A stretch of 64,000 nt of DNA, from NCBI RefSeq assembly GCF_006345805.1, contig NC_042997.1, positions 184,884,001-184,948,000 on the forward strand, written 5' to 3'. Source of the stretch: Octopus sinensis (taxonomy: Eukaryota). Positions within the stretch are counted from its first letter, which is position 1, and every line of letters begins with the position of its first letter. Below the pieces are notes generated by a model. The model worked only from the letters and a program-made list of their open reading frames with translations. It was not told the DNA's origin and searched no databases. Position numbers and translations under genes: made by a program. Of the stretch, positions 1 to 13,190 are shown piece by piece.

Positions 1-377
1 GTATTTATACTTATATATACATACAATCAGAAAGAAGTTTTTATGGGAAGTAATACGAAAGTGGTTATACATTAAACCATCAATACGTCATACATGTATA
101 TACACAAACACACACACACATACACACACACAGTCACACCCATACAGGCATTCCCACACACAAACAAGCACAAAGACAGACCAAACATTGAAATATATCC
201 ACATAGTCGCATATACACACATTAAGCTAACAGACATTTAAAAGACATCAAACCGAAGAACAAGTGAAGTAGTTTTGGACAGTAACTTATTAACATTGAA
301 TGACAATACGTTTTCTGAGTATTTCTCCTTTATGCAATGTTTAATTGTATGTATGTATATATGTATATATGTGTATA

Positions 378-767
378 TCTTTATATATAAAAGTGAAGTT
401 GTGTGTCTGTCTCCTACGATTTAGATTCCTAACTACTCCCACATTTTGCGGTGCAGTTTAACCAAAAGTTATAGTCGTGATTCATATCGAGCCCTTCTGG
501 GTATTAGCGCGCGTCTACGATGAGTCTACGATTTAAAAAATAATTTACGATCATTTTTTTCCATTCTAATGCATTTTTTCGCTATTATATAAGGGAAGTA
601 ACTCTCTAAAAATGTCTACGATAAGTCAATGATTAAAAAAAAAATTTACCATAATTTTTTTTCTATTTTTAATGCATTTTTTTGCTATTTTTTGGCTATA
701 ACTCTCTTAAAGTGCTTATATAGTTATTTCCCTTACAAACCCGAGCAACGCCGGGCGATACTGCTAG
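378..767 (+). mobile_element. Non-autonomous Helitron-like element
   Basis: Starts A^TCTTTATATATAAAAG, ends with GC-rich hairpin CCCGAGCAACGCCGGG (740-755) then CTAG^T; no TSD; last ~120 bp shared with 45292-45674. Confidence 0.75.
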
Positions 768-802
768 TGTTTGTATATATGTATCTTTGTATGTATATAG
801 GT

Positions 803-1212
803 GTAGGAGAGGCTGTGTGCTAAGTAGCTTGTTTACCAGCCACATGGTTCCGGGTTCAGTCCCACTGCGTGGCTCCTTGGGCAAGTATCTTCTACTATAG
901 CCCCGGGCCGACCAAAGCCTTGTGACTGGATTTGGAAGACAGAAACTGAAAGAAACCTGTCGTATATATGTATATATATATATGTGTGTGTGTATGCTTG
1001 TGTGTCTGTGTTTGTCCCTCTAACATAGCTTGACAACCGATGCTGGTGTATTTACGTCGCCGTAACATAGCGGTTCGGCAAAGAAGCCAATAGAATACGT
1101 ACTAGGCTTACAAAGAATAAGTCCTGGGGTGGATTTGCTCGACTAAAGGCAGTGCTCCAGCACGGCTACAGTCGAATGACTGAAACAAATAAAAGAGTAA
1201 AAGAGTAAAAGT
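803..1212 (+). mobile_element. tRNA-derived SINE, family A (full length)
   Basis: Head GTAGGAGAGGCTGTGTGCTAAG...GGGTTCAGTCCC (A/B-box-like), central (TA)/(TG) tract, (AAAAGAGT)n tail; more than 15 homologous copies in the window. Confidence 0.9.
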
Positions 1213-1303
1213 ATGCATGTATGTATGTATGTATGTATGTATGTATGTATGTATGTATGTTTGTATATATGTATGTATGTATGCATGTACGTACGTATGT
1301 ATG

Positions 1304-1351
<48 letters not shown>

Positions 1352-1475
1352 TGTATGCATGAATGTATGTATGTACATGTATGTATGTATGTATGTATGT
1401 ATGTATGTATGTATTATGTATGTATTATGTATGTATGTATGTATGTATGTATTATGTATGTATGTATGTATGCAT
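1213..1475. repeat. (TATG)n compound microsatellite
   Basis: Direct reading. Confidence 0.95.
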
Positions 1476-1699
1476 GTGTGTATGCATTTGTGTATGCAGT
1501 GTGTATGCAGGTGTGTATACATGTGTGTATGCATGTAGTTATGTGTTCATGTGCGTCCGCTTGCCTTTATACGTTTATGTTCGCGTGTAAATGTGCATCC
1601 TTGCTTTTATTTATTTTTTCTGTAAATTTCGTTGCTAAAAGTTAGAAATGGCTTTGCAATTGATAAATGACTTTCTTCTTATATCAGTGGAATATCACA

Positions 1700-1995
1700 A
1701 GGGTAAAGAACCCCTTCGGTCATGAATGACCACAGGATTGTATCTAGAAAGTTCCCCCTAAGAAGAACAAATCCGGGGAAGGTTGTTTATGAAATATCAG
1801 TAATATCAGTAAGCGTAGGAGTGGCTGTGTGGTAAGTAGCTTGCTTACGGACCACACGGTTCCGGATTCAGTCCCACTACGTGGCACCTTGGACAAGTGT
1901 CTTCTACTATAGCCTCAGGCCGACCAAAGCCTTGTGAGTGGATTTGGTAGACGGAAACTGAAAGAGGCCCGTCGTATTTATATATATATATATAT

Positions 1996-2027
<32 letters not shown>

Positions 2028-2041
2028 TATATATTATATAA

Positions 2042-2097
<56 letters not shown>

Positions 2098-2550
2098 GGG
2101 TGTGTGAATATGTTTGTGTGTCTGTGTTGTCCCCCCAACATCGCTTGACAACCGATGCTGGTGTGTTTACGTCCCCATAACTTAGCGGTTCGGCAAAACA
2201 GACCGATAGAATAAGTACTAGGCTTAAAGAGAATAAGTCCTGGGGGCGATTTTCTCGACTAAAGATGATGCTCCAGCATGGCCACAATCAAATGAATGAA
2301 ACTAGTAAAAGAGTCGCCCATACATACCAGCTTCCCCTCTCCAAGCCATCGATGTTATCCAAGGCATAAGCACAAGCAGATACAGCTTGGCACCACTAAC
2401 GTTGCAACTCATTTCTGCTGCTGAGTGAATCAGATCAACGTGAAATAAAGTGTCTCCCTCAAGAACACGATGCACTGCCCCGACCAGGAATCGAACTCAC
2501 TACCTCGTGATTGTGAGCCCGACACTCTTACCAGTGAGCCTTGCGTCTTC
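1700..2550 (-). mobile_element. tRNA-derived SINE (family-B-type head) interrupted by a family A copy
   Basis: tRNA-like head at ~2480-2550 on the minus strand. That 1700-1810 is the continuation of the 2315-2480 body rests on my recollection of this repeat, not on a second copy in the window. Confidence 0.5.
1813..2314 (+). mobile_element. SINE family A (expanded internal (TA)n)
   Basis: Colinear homology to 803-1212. Confidence 0.9.
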
Positions 2551-3196
2551 CATAACAGGTGCATTTTACTGCTCTCAGTGATGTACATCATGACCCTAAT
2601 GAAGATCATGAAATCGAAGAACTGTGATATTTATGTTCACCCAAAGAGAGCTTTTGGTGATATGGTTTCACTAACTTGCAAAAATCGGATTCGAGTCAAA
2701 TCCGCTCTACAAATCTGCTTTTTCACTGACGCAATCATTTATTTATGTCGATACAATGTATGAATGAATTATAACTGACTTGTACATTTGAGAAACATGA
2801 TATCTTTTGATTCAGACTTACGTGTAAGTAGATATCTCACTACAGTTCCCTCCGGAGTTCAGATTGAAGGCTTTGCTAGGAGATGGATATTCTTAGTGAA
2901 GTTGTAACGTAGGAATCTTTGTGTGGTCAATTAGCTCAAAATAGCTGCCAAGTCACCCTAGATTACATCCTGTCTGTGCGTGCGTACGCACCCGCTGAGT
3001 GTATGTATGATACTTAAAAGTGTAATAGAAAGCCACTATAAAGAAAAATAGGTACGTTTTGTTTATCTCATTAAAAAATTGGGTTATCTCCCCTCGTTTT
3101 ACAAGAAATATCGGCACTTTTGGTTATCTCTCTCAACTAAAAAATTGTTTAACATTCAATAAAACAAAGAATGAAAAAACGAAACGTCTTATTGAA

Positions 3197-3609
3197 TCTC
3201 TTTTACTCTTTTACTCTTACTTGTTTCAGTCATGTGACTGTGGCCATGCTGGAGCACCGCCTTTAGTCGATCAAATCGACCCCAGGACTTATTCTTTGTA
3301 AGCCTAGTACTTATTCTATCGGTATCTTTTACCGAACCACTAAGTTACGAGGACCTAAACACACCAGCACCGGTTGTCAAGCGATGTTGGGGACAAACAA
3401 AGACACACAAACATATACACACACATAGATATATATATACACATATATACGACGGGCTTCTTTCAGTTTCCGTCTACCAAATCCACTCACAAGGCTTTGG
3501 TCAGCTCGAGGCTATAGTGGAAACACTTGCCCAAGGTGCCACGCAGTGGGACTGAACCCGGAACCATGTGGTTTGTAAGTAAGCTACTTACCACACAGCC
3601 ACTCCTACA
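3197..3609 (-). mobile_element. SINE family A
   Basis: Reverse complement of 803-1212, with (ACTCTTTT)n tail at left. Confidence 0.9.
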
Positions 3610-3866
3610 CCTGGCAACATTTTTATAACAAATCATACCATGCTTATAGAGGAGGTCAAACGTTAACAATGTGTTGAAGCACTGAATCAAAAGGATCTAA
3701 CTCTTTTAATCCAGTCTCTTGTCGCCACGTAAACTCAATTTTTTTAGAGAGGAGATAGCCCAATTTTTTAACGGCAATTTTTAATAGGGGTGAGATAACC
3801 AAAAAGTACCAAAAAATAAGCAAAAAAAATATTAAAACCACGTGCACTTGTTCTATATATTATATA

Positions 3867-4097
3867 TTTCCTTACTGCCCACAAAGGGCTAAACATAGAG
3901 GGGACAAACAAGGACAGACAAAGGGATTAAGTCGATTACATCGACTCCAGTAGGTAACTGGTACTTTATTTATCGACCCCGAAAGGATGAAAGGCAAAGT
4001 CGACCTCGGCGGAATTTGAACTCAGAACGTAACGGCGGACGAAATACGGCTACGCATTTCGCCCGGCATGCTAACGTTTCTGCCAGCTCACCGCCTT
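3867..4097 (-). mobile_element. tRNA-derived SINE family C (Meta/MESC-like core)
   Basis: Minus strand reads AAGGCGGTGAGCTGGCAGAAACG...GAGTTCAAATTCC, then GCCTTTCATCCTTTCGGGGTCGATAAATAAAGTACCAG; homologous to 41157-41374 and 62954-63103. The Meta/MESC assignment is from memory. Confidence 0.8.
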
Positions 4098-4099
4098 TC

Positions 4100-4131
<32 letters not shown>

Positions 4132-6704
4132 GTCTTTAAAAGAACCTTGTCAATAGAAAACGGATAATATTATTAGCTCTGGATTACACTAATATATAGA
4201 GACTGGAGGGGATAAAGATATGGGCAGGCTGTGACATGTGGTACTAAATTAATATAAAAAAAATGCCATGTCTTGTTCCTTTAATTTCTTTATATGAATA
4301 GTCTCTTTAATCCTCAAATGTCCAATATTAAGCTCTGCATTTTGGAATGTTCAGTACTGTGTTACGCTCGGCAAGGCAAAGGTAAATCAAGAGCAATGCA
4401 TCTATAGATCACACTAAATCATTCTATGGAACTAGATCTGATCAATTAAGGCTGATACGTGGATGATACAAGAAGAAGAACAACGAACAATTTATCGTAT
4501 ACTGTCACATCAGCCTCATATTATCAATGAATTTTGTAATATAGAATTAATCTTTTGCTGTATGAATTGTTTGAACATTGAAGGGAATTGTAATAGAGAA
4601 TATCTGATTCTGATGGTGCTCTTTGTTTCTTTCCTCTCATGTACTTGGAGAGAAATTACCTTGTGATATTCCTCAAACAATTAACGCTGTATTAAAACGT
4701 AGTAAAGTTGTAGGATGTTTCTGTCAGATGTGTTGGCGCCAATGCATTAGACCGTAAAACTTTGCATCCCAAAAGTCTATATTAAAACATAACCAACAAA
4801 ATATAAATAAAGAAGCAGTAAAAATCCCATCAAACTAAGAGTGAAAAGCATGATTTAAATAATAGCCTGTGGAATAAACAATACAAATATAAAAAAAAAC
4901 AAGCAACTAGCGACAACAAAGAACTAGTTTTGCCATTCATAAATTCTATACAAATTAAGGTTTAACTGAAAAACCGTTCTTGCCTTTTATCAAACCAAAT
5001 TATTTCCTGGTTTAATGCTACTACATTTTTGTGTGTATGGAAAGTTATTTGAAAAATATATTGATATACAACATTGCTTCGTGTAATAGTTAATGGTTCG
5101 GCCCTTAACCCCATTTGATGAGAAGCATTTCTACATTAATTTATCTATTTATTTATTGGTGGAAGTCTTACTACCAGCAGCGTAGAAGAATAATTGCACA
5201 TAATTGCAGTTACTTTCTTGTTTACATTGTCATCGAACCGTATCAGTATTTACTCAAGGGATTAGACAATTCTATTATATTCTAACGTCGGAAATAGAAA
5301 TATAACCCTAAACGCTACATTAATTCGATAAAATTTAACCTGTCTGGTAATCGGACGGAAAATTGGACGGAATTAAATAGACGTATGGAAATTACTCAAC
5401 AATAATTCCAGCTAAAATATTTCGTTTTTTTTTCTTCTTGCAAGTGAAGAGAGATAGAAGAATTATTGGAGGGTATTATCAATTGAAAATCAACAACTTT
5501 AAATTCGCCATTAATATTTCTGAAAGCATTGCCCTGTCTTATCTGTTGGAATAATCGGTGTCGTGTATCATTTTCCATGATTGTTATTGGATAATTGCTG
5601 CAGACTATCTGACGACATAGAATATCGATATTTTTTTATATTTTCTTTTTTATCTTTTATCATTTAATTTCAAATCGTAATAAAATCTCTCTCTTAGCAC
5701 TGTCATCATCCTCATCCACTGTATTACTTCAATATTTTTGTCCTATTTATCTTATTTGAATTCATATATGCCTGTTTCTCCTTTATCACCATATTCTTGG
5801 TTGCTATCATCCCCACCACTATGGATTCCACACTCTTCCTCTTTCTCAATATTATCATAATTGAGGTTGTAGTCCTTGCTATCTACTGATGTTGAATAGC
5901 CCCATTCAGCCCTTATCGAATATACTTAAAGCAGGTAGGAGGTCTGTAGAAATCATCGTTCAATCCCTAAATTTAGTTATCAAGATATACGATAACTCCT
6001 CCTATTTGAGAATCATATATCATACTCTAACACCCATTGTGTTTTTCTTGTATAGATGTAATGCGACAGTTTGAGCTTGCTACGTTTCCTTAAGCTAAAT
6101 AACCAACCACTACATGATTGCTTGAGATGCTAGAATTAACGTACAAATCTTCATTAGAAGCATATGAAGATATTCAATCTGAAATAAATTTCTGAAAATA
6201 TAAAGAGATGCTCACATCTGTAAAGTCGAATTAACGATGCAATCATGTTCATGTTGTAAGCGTTGGGGCTGATGGTATTTTGGTATTTTATATAGTTTGC
6301 AGTGTTATTGATCACTGTCCATAGTATGAGTCGATAATAGTAACAAATTAAAAGACAGTGCCAATAATAGAAGCCTTTATTTTCCTATTATAGCTTTTGC
6401 ATCTTGTTTGCTATCTTGGTATTGGAAATTGTAGTGATGGATGTATCAATATTTCATTAAATTTACTCAAAACTATATTAAAGCTACATTAAATATATTT
6501 GCACTTAAAATGGTAATTATTTGAAGAAAATGGTAAAAAATAGCACAAACACATACACGCATCCATCCCCATCTCTCATTCCCCCACACATACACATGTT
6601 TGTCAATACACATGTATATAAGTATATACATATTTATACTTTCTCACAAGGGAAAGATCGTTTTAGTTTGCTGTGCTCGCTCCCCGTAAACGTAATTGAG
6701 TTAA

Positions 6705-6866
6705 CCCCTTACCCAACAATTATTTTGAAAATAAATGTATTTTTTCAGACATATTTTTTTATTATTTTATGTTACTATGATTTTGGCGAGTCTATCTTTT
6801 GACGAGTTAACTCGCCAGAGATAGAAAAAAACGGTTTCGGTCAAAACGTTTCTGCCGGGTAAGGGG
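6705..6866. mobile_element. piggyBac-type MITE
   Basis: TTAA (6701-6704) | CCCCTTACCC ... GGGTAAGGGG | TTAA (6867-6870): 10-bp TIR starting CCC with a TTAA TSD. Confidence 0.75.
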
Positions 6867-7569
6867 TTAAGTGTCTTTTTGTGGCTTTCAGAGTTAATTC
6901 TTTTACTCTTAGTTTCAGCAATCTTTGGTGTTATTTTGCACCCTTTATTAATTGCTTTTTGGTTTTGATTTGCTTATCGCACATACTATAATGTGTCTAA
7001 TATATCTTAATATATTAATATATCATTGTAGGATCTTCTTATATTGATAATATACACTCTAACCGTTTGAATTTAGCGCTGCTTATCAACAGTTTCCTAT
7101 TCTCATTTACTATTACGAAGCAAACTGTCTATCTAGCCCTGAGTAGTTTGTGGATGCTTCTGAAGAGAAACAAAACCTTACTTGTTAAATTTCGACATCA
7201 CGTGATAAAGCATTATCCAGCTATTTCTTCTGTGAGTCCATCTCACAAGGGGAAAATCATTTTAGTTTGTTGTGCCCGTTCCCCGTATACGTAAACAAGG
7301 TTAGTGTGTTTTTGTGGATCTCAGAGTTAATTTTTTTACTCTTAGTTTTAGCAAACGATGGTGCTATTTTACACCCTGTATTTATTAAATCCTTTTTGGT
7401 TATACCTTCTGCGTTTTCTATATGCTGCCTTCTCAGCTTTTTCGTGTTTCTTCTTTTATCCATTTTTAAAAAAAATTCGTTATGATAAGTGGTTTGTGCC
7501 TGGAGAATATGCTTCAGAAATTTTTCAACATATGAAACTATTAGTAACACTTAAATAATATACATATAT

Positions 7570-7612
<43 letters not shown>

Positions 7613-8122
7613 GAGTGACCACCATGTGGTCTACTCTAGCACGAAAAATGGATCCGCAAGGTTTCAGCCACAAAAGAAATTGTTTCCGTTGAAAGTTAGC
7701 ACTACTACCAGCGCAAATGAGCAGGGCAAATAAACATAACAAAATGTAGATTAGTTCGGGACAATTGTTTCGCTATTAATAAATTATGTGGTTTTACTTA
7801 CATAAATTTATCTGTAGCTCCTCAGCCGAACCCGTCCAGAATACAATTTACTCGGTCGCACGCTAGACTTCACCATAACATATATATATATATATATATA
7901 TATATAAACATTATCATTTCTAAATGTGTCAAAGAGAGATATTCGGTAAGAATTCTTTAAAGTAAAGACTATTTGCCAACATAATGTGTCTGTCCTGGAA
8001 GGGACGATTGTTACTGATGTTTAGCCTCAGGAAACATCATTTCCAGCTGGCTATACAAGACAATATCTGTGTTCTTATATCTCTTCGAATAGGGAGTCCA
8101 GCACCCCCATCTAGTACAAAGC

Positions 8123-8124
<2 letters not shown>

Positions 8125-8208
<84 letters not shown>

Positions 8209-8220
8209 CACACACACACG
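8125..8220. repeat. (CA)n microsatellite
   Basis: Direct reading. Confidence 0.95.
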
Positions 8221-8354
8221 CATATATGTAAAGGTAAGATCCAAGGAATAAGGTGTAGAAAGACAGTAAGCTTCGAGCAGTCCGTAGAAGATATGAAAAT
8301 CAACTTCCAGGTACAAGCAATAGTGGTTTATTAACGTCGAAGGTTTTATCTTTA

Positions 8355-8704
8355 TCATTTGACTGCGGCCATGCTTGAGCACCGCCTAGTACTTATTCTA
8401 TCGGTCTCTTTTACCGAACTTCTAAGTTACGGGGACGTAAACATACTAGCATCGGTTGTCAAGCGATGTTGGGGGACAAACACAGACACACAAACATATA
8501 CACACACATACATATATATATATATACATATAAATATATACGACGGATTACCTTCAGTTTCCGTCTACCAAATCCACTCACAAGCCTTTGGTCGGCCCGA
8601 GGCTATAGTAGAAGACACATGCCCAAGGTGCCACGCAGTGGGACCGAACCCGGAACCGTGTTGTTCGTAAGCAAGCTTCTTACCACACAGCCACTCCTGT
8701 GCCT
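8355..8704 (-). mobile_element. SINE family A (internal deletion)
   Basis: Homology to 3197-3609; segment between ACCGCC and TAGTACTT is missing. Confidence 0.85.
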
Positions 8705-8884
8705 ATAATTGTTGTAAATTTTTCCTGTATCGTAATTTCGGTAATCTGAAAAAAATTGCTTTATAGCTTTCTCGATGGAAAAGCGGGATATTGGTGAGTG
8801 AGGATAACACCAACATTGAATTCTGTAACATATTGGGAATTCATCTGTGATGTCTATTCTTCTGTCTCTACTCTATCCATCTCC

Positions 8885-9110
8885 GTATGTATGTATGTAT
8901 GTATGTATGTATGTATGTATGTATGTATGTATGTATGTATGTATGTATGTATGTATGTATGTATGTATGTATGTATGTATGTATGTATGTACGTACGTAC
9001 GTACGTACGCATGCATGTATGTATGTATGTATGTATGTATGTACGTATGTATGTATGTATGTATGTATGTACGTATGTATGTATGTATGTATGTATGTAT
9101 GTATGTATGT
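8885..9110. repeat. (TATG)n microsatellite
   Basis: Direct reading. Confidence 0.95.
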
Positions 9111-10360
9111 AGATAAAGGCATTAATAGTGTAATCAGTACATGTGTGAGAGTGTATAATTTCGAACGTCAGAAGAATTTGGGGTTCTCAAACGCTGATAC
9201 ACTCTTTTTAGTAAGCGAAGGAAAATCTTCCTCAGAACAAAAAAATAATATTATTTAACGTTATAGCTACTCGGAGGCGCTTAAATATATTTGCACATCT
9301 AATTCACTTAAAAATTATTTCGCTATCAGTAACTTTAATCACCTAGCGGAAAGTAACGATAGGAAACTAATTAATTTAAAATTTGGTGCTCCCGTGATTA
9401 ACCGATTATATCACCTTCCCTATCACATTATCACGAAAACGATGTTATTGTAACATGATTTCTGTTGACAATCACAGAAGAATTACCAGATATCTTGATA
9501 ACAACTGACAGTTACGTTGATTCTGAAATAAGATCCTTAACCTGTAATAAAAGATAAATTGTTATAAATGATCATGCTTTAGATAAATTTCCAGGAAGTA
9601 TTTTCGTCGGTGTAAATTTATTGCTAACGTGTGGTAGGTAGCTTTGGAGTATTCATTCTTCATAAAATAAAATTAGATGTCATAATGAATGATGGCTTAA
9701 GTTCCGTACCTATCCATAGGACTTAGCGAGCTGCTGAGGTTATGCAAGCTAGTTTCAATTCCCAGTTGAAAGCATTTCCTTCCAATTAAGTTATTCCCAT
9801 ATGAAAGGTATGAATTTATAATTCATATCAACATTTATTTAGCTTTGGTATTCTGGCCAATTAGGACGTAAATATTTATTTTGTGTTATAGTTCTTCCAA
9901 CCATTAATGAATACCAATAGAAAACGTAAAGTAAAAATCTATTGGACTGTATAGTCACAACGTACATGAGTATGAAAAAGCACAGGAACAAAACGGGTCC
10001 CTTGATCTGTTGCAACATGAAACAGTTTTAGGGATTTGTTCTTTGAATTCATTAGCTTTTAATATAACAGCAGTTTTGCTCAGTTAAGTATCTTTCTCAT
10101 TTAAATATCTGCAAATTTGAGAAAGCTTAAGAAAGTAAGTAAAAGAAGAGGGAAGATGATACAAAGAATAATAAACGAAAGAAAATTTAAACAAAAACAA
10201 TATATCAGAAACAAAAAATATTAAAGGTAGGGTAACGAATAATAAAAAAGTTAACAAAATAACATTCTATGCTACGGGTCACAGTGGATTCCTAATTGCC
10301 AAAAATGATACTTCTGTGGATATACTTTGAAAACTGATAGTAAATGTGAAGGGTTTGTGC

Positions 10361-10418
<58 letters not shown>
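10361..10418. repeat. (ATT)n microsatellite
   Basis: Direct reading. Confidence 0.95.
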
Positions 10419-11316
10419 GGCTTTTTATTACGAGAGAAAAATGGAAAACAGAATTCTAGACCCTTTGGGATAAACAATGAAAAGACCGGAAACCGTTCAC
10501 AAACTTGACATATGTTCCCTCCCAAAACGTAACTCATTTCGTAAACACACATGCATACAGTTATAAAAGTATGTGTGTATGTATGTATGTATGTATGTAT
10601 GTATGTATGTATGTATGTATGTATGTATGAACGTATGTATGTATGCATGTATGTATATATGTATGTATGTATTATGTATGCGTATGTAAATATTTGTATG
10701 TGCATTATACAGATTGCGTACATATACATATGTATAGAGAGACTACGACTTGAGTTTGATGGGCATACACTCTTCTCTTGGTTAAAATATACGAACACTC
10801 CTACAATGATGAATGTATATGTGTAAATTTGATGCCTATAGGTAAGTATGTTTATGTATGTGTATTTATATGACCATAGATTCCTCTTTTAACTATCTGT
10901 TTCGACTGCTAATTAGCTACGTGCAACCCACACCGAAAACAGACGAGGGATACCAAGCGTAACCAAGTAATGGTCGGTGCTAAAGAAATAAAGGGTATTT
11001 CTGTCCCAGAGAATGGAATAAAAATCTTACTGTTGAATCGTTTTGCTTATACTAGATCAGAGTAACGTCGAAGAATGTTTATGGCTTATGCGTGAAACGT
11101 CATAGGAAAAGGTCCCCAGCACCTGCCAATTCTTTCTTTCTTTCTTCCTATCTATGCATGTGTGTATATATGCGTATGGATATAGGGATTTATGTGTATA
11201 TGTAATATATATATATATGTGTCTGTATGTATGTATGTATATGTATATATATATTTCTGTTTATACATGTATACATACATGCATGCATACATACATACAT
11301 GCATACAAATATATAT

Positions 11317-11362
<46 letters not shown>

Positions 11363-12439
11363 TGTGAGGTATGTGTGTACGTATGGGCAACCACATACGT
11401 GTAGCTATCTCGCTCTATATCCTGTTTCGTACTGTATGTTGTTCTAAGTTTTTTCCCAGATGTTAGTGTTCAAAAGATTGGACGTTAAGTTGCATGATAT
11501 ATACCACTTAATAATAGTTTGAGGGGATGGATAACTCTTTCTTTGAACATAGCTTTAAAATTTCAAACAGACGAAGTCAATAAGTGGTCATCGTACAAAC
11601 AGCAGGCACATCATTTAATATCCTGTCACCACTGTACTACAATGGCTGCAACAAGGGCATAACCTGCCATAACGTTGGACTATTAGTGACAAATATATGT
11701 TCCATACAAAGACATATCACAACATTAAAATAAAGATGACACAAAAAATAGAGTCGTTAATTTATATTACCGATATTACAAAATTCTCCTTTTGATAAAC
11801 CAGGATGTGTCCGGAAACCAGAATGTGACAAACCAGGATTTGTTAGCATGACACAATATGTTCTCAAACATCATTATATTTCCAGATAAAATTATAGATG
11901 TGGCTCGACCGACGAGGCCCAGGTATATTACTCAGAGGTAATGACACTGTATCCATAGGAACCTTATGGAATTAAAATACTATAATATAAGCGGTTAAAC
12001 CAGTGGTTATCACCATTTTTAGCACATGTACCCCTTTGATTCCTATTTTACTCTGTTGAACCCCATAACCATTCAGTCCCATTATATTTTTATAATTAAA
12101 TATTAGGGATTATATTAAAAAATTGTTAAAATATTTGGTTTATTGTATAAGCAATTTATTGCATATAAATTTTAACAGCAAAATCTTATATGAACCCCAA
12201 AGGGTTTTCTTTTAGTCTGTGTCGTAACAGGTTGAGGGATCTTCTGGGTGGGTTGTCGGTCTGCCGCAGAATACGCGGGTGATGGGGCAGCCATCTTGAC
12301 GAAGAGCCAACACGCCGTGGTTTACCGTTAGTCTGGAACCTCCCTGGGAGAGCATCCGGCCAAGGGTAGCCCTAGCCTGTGGTTAGTTGGTTTCATGAGC
12401 TTTTGCAGTTTGTAATCAGCTCTCATTTTCTAAACCAGG

Positions 12440-13190
12440 GTTAGTATTGAATGCTAAGAATAAGCAGTATGGATGATAAAAAGGCTCCTTAAACGGTTCC
12501 TCGCTTGCTGTTTACCAATCGAATTTCCCTTTTACATACTGTCAAGACTGACTATCTTCCTGTTCCTCATACTGCTTCTGATTAAATATACTATATCGTT
12601 TATCTGCCTCGGCATTCTCCAGGCATGTTTAAATCTACGAGAGCGGTATCATATCGCATGTCCTCCTATAGTCAAACCAAACCACCGAAAAGCTTGTTAA
12701 ACTTTTCCAGCAGTTCCTCAAAATTGCTTTATATATATCAGCAACTGATGCTTTGTTCCATGTGATCTCTTCCTGCTGCCCTTTTTGTTCATCTGCAAGC
12801 AGTTAATTTCTTTCAAGATGGCCATCTGATTTTTATACATTCTTCCTGCTAGAAGCTTTCGCATCATAAGTAAGCAAGTAATCGGACGGCAGCTACTGGC
12901 CATGGCACCTTTCTAAGTCAACACGGTTCTTGCTTTGACCATCCTCTTTTGTACAATTTCTTGGGGCACGCAGCTCTTTAGAAACTCTTACAGCATAGGA
13001 TGCAACTTCGTCAATTCCTTGAAACAAAACCCTGAAGCAGGTTCCCACAAGCTGCCTTCGAATTTCTCATCTTAACAACTCCTGCTTGTAAATCTTGCAA
13101 CTTGATGATAACGTTCTCTTATACGCCTGAGTCACTAAATTCTTCTTCCACAGCTTCAAGCCAAGATTTGTACTTGTATTTGACTTCCTT
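12440..13190 (-). pseudogene. Degraded non-LTR reverse transcriptase, R4/Dong-like
   Basis: Manual minus-strand translation across stops and frameshifts gives KSWLEAVEEEF..VKMRNSKAA..QGFCFKELTKLH..MVKARTVL..KGAMASSCRPITCLLMMRKLL..KKGSRKRSHGTKHQLLI..VVWFDYRRTCDMIP..RGTV*GAFLSSILL. This is colinear with the R4-type motifs YRPITCL, QKGCRRxSRGTKDQLLID, WIDYxKAYD and RGIFQGDSLSP. Confidence 0.7.

Noticed and set aside
1166-1645. ORFs with MYVC/HTYI, YLSI, THTH or IYIY repeats here and throughout the window
   Set aside because: They are translations of microsatellites, which lack stop codons; there is no coding signal.
9715-9810. Plus-strand exon bounded by AG and GTATGA
   Set aside because: Stop codons in all three frames.
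11065-11110. Hammerhead-like TCGAAGA…GAAACGTC
   Set aside because: The core is scrambled, with no helix I pairing and no convincing helix II; at best a heavily decayed remnant.
12300-12400. HDV-like ribozyme (CTC-TCCCAGG-GAG on the minus strand)
   Set aside because: No P1 partner or P1.1 GG in the required position.
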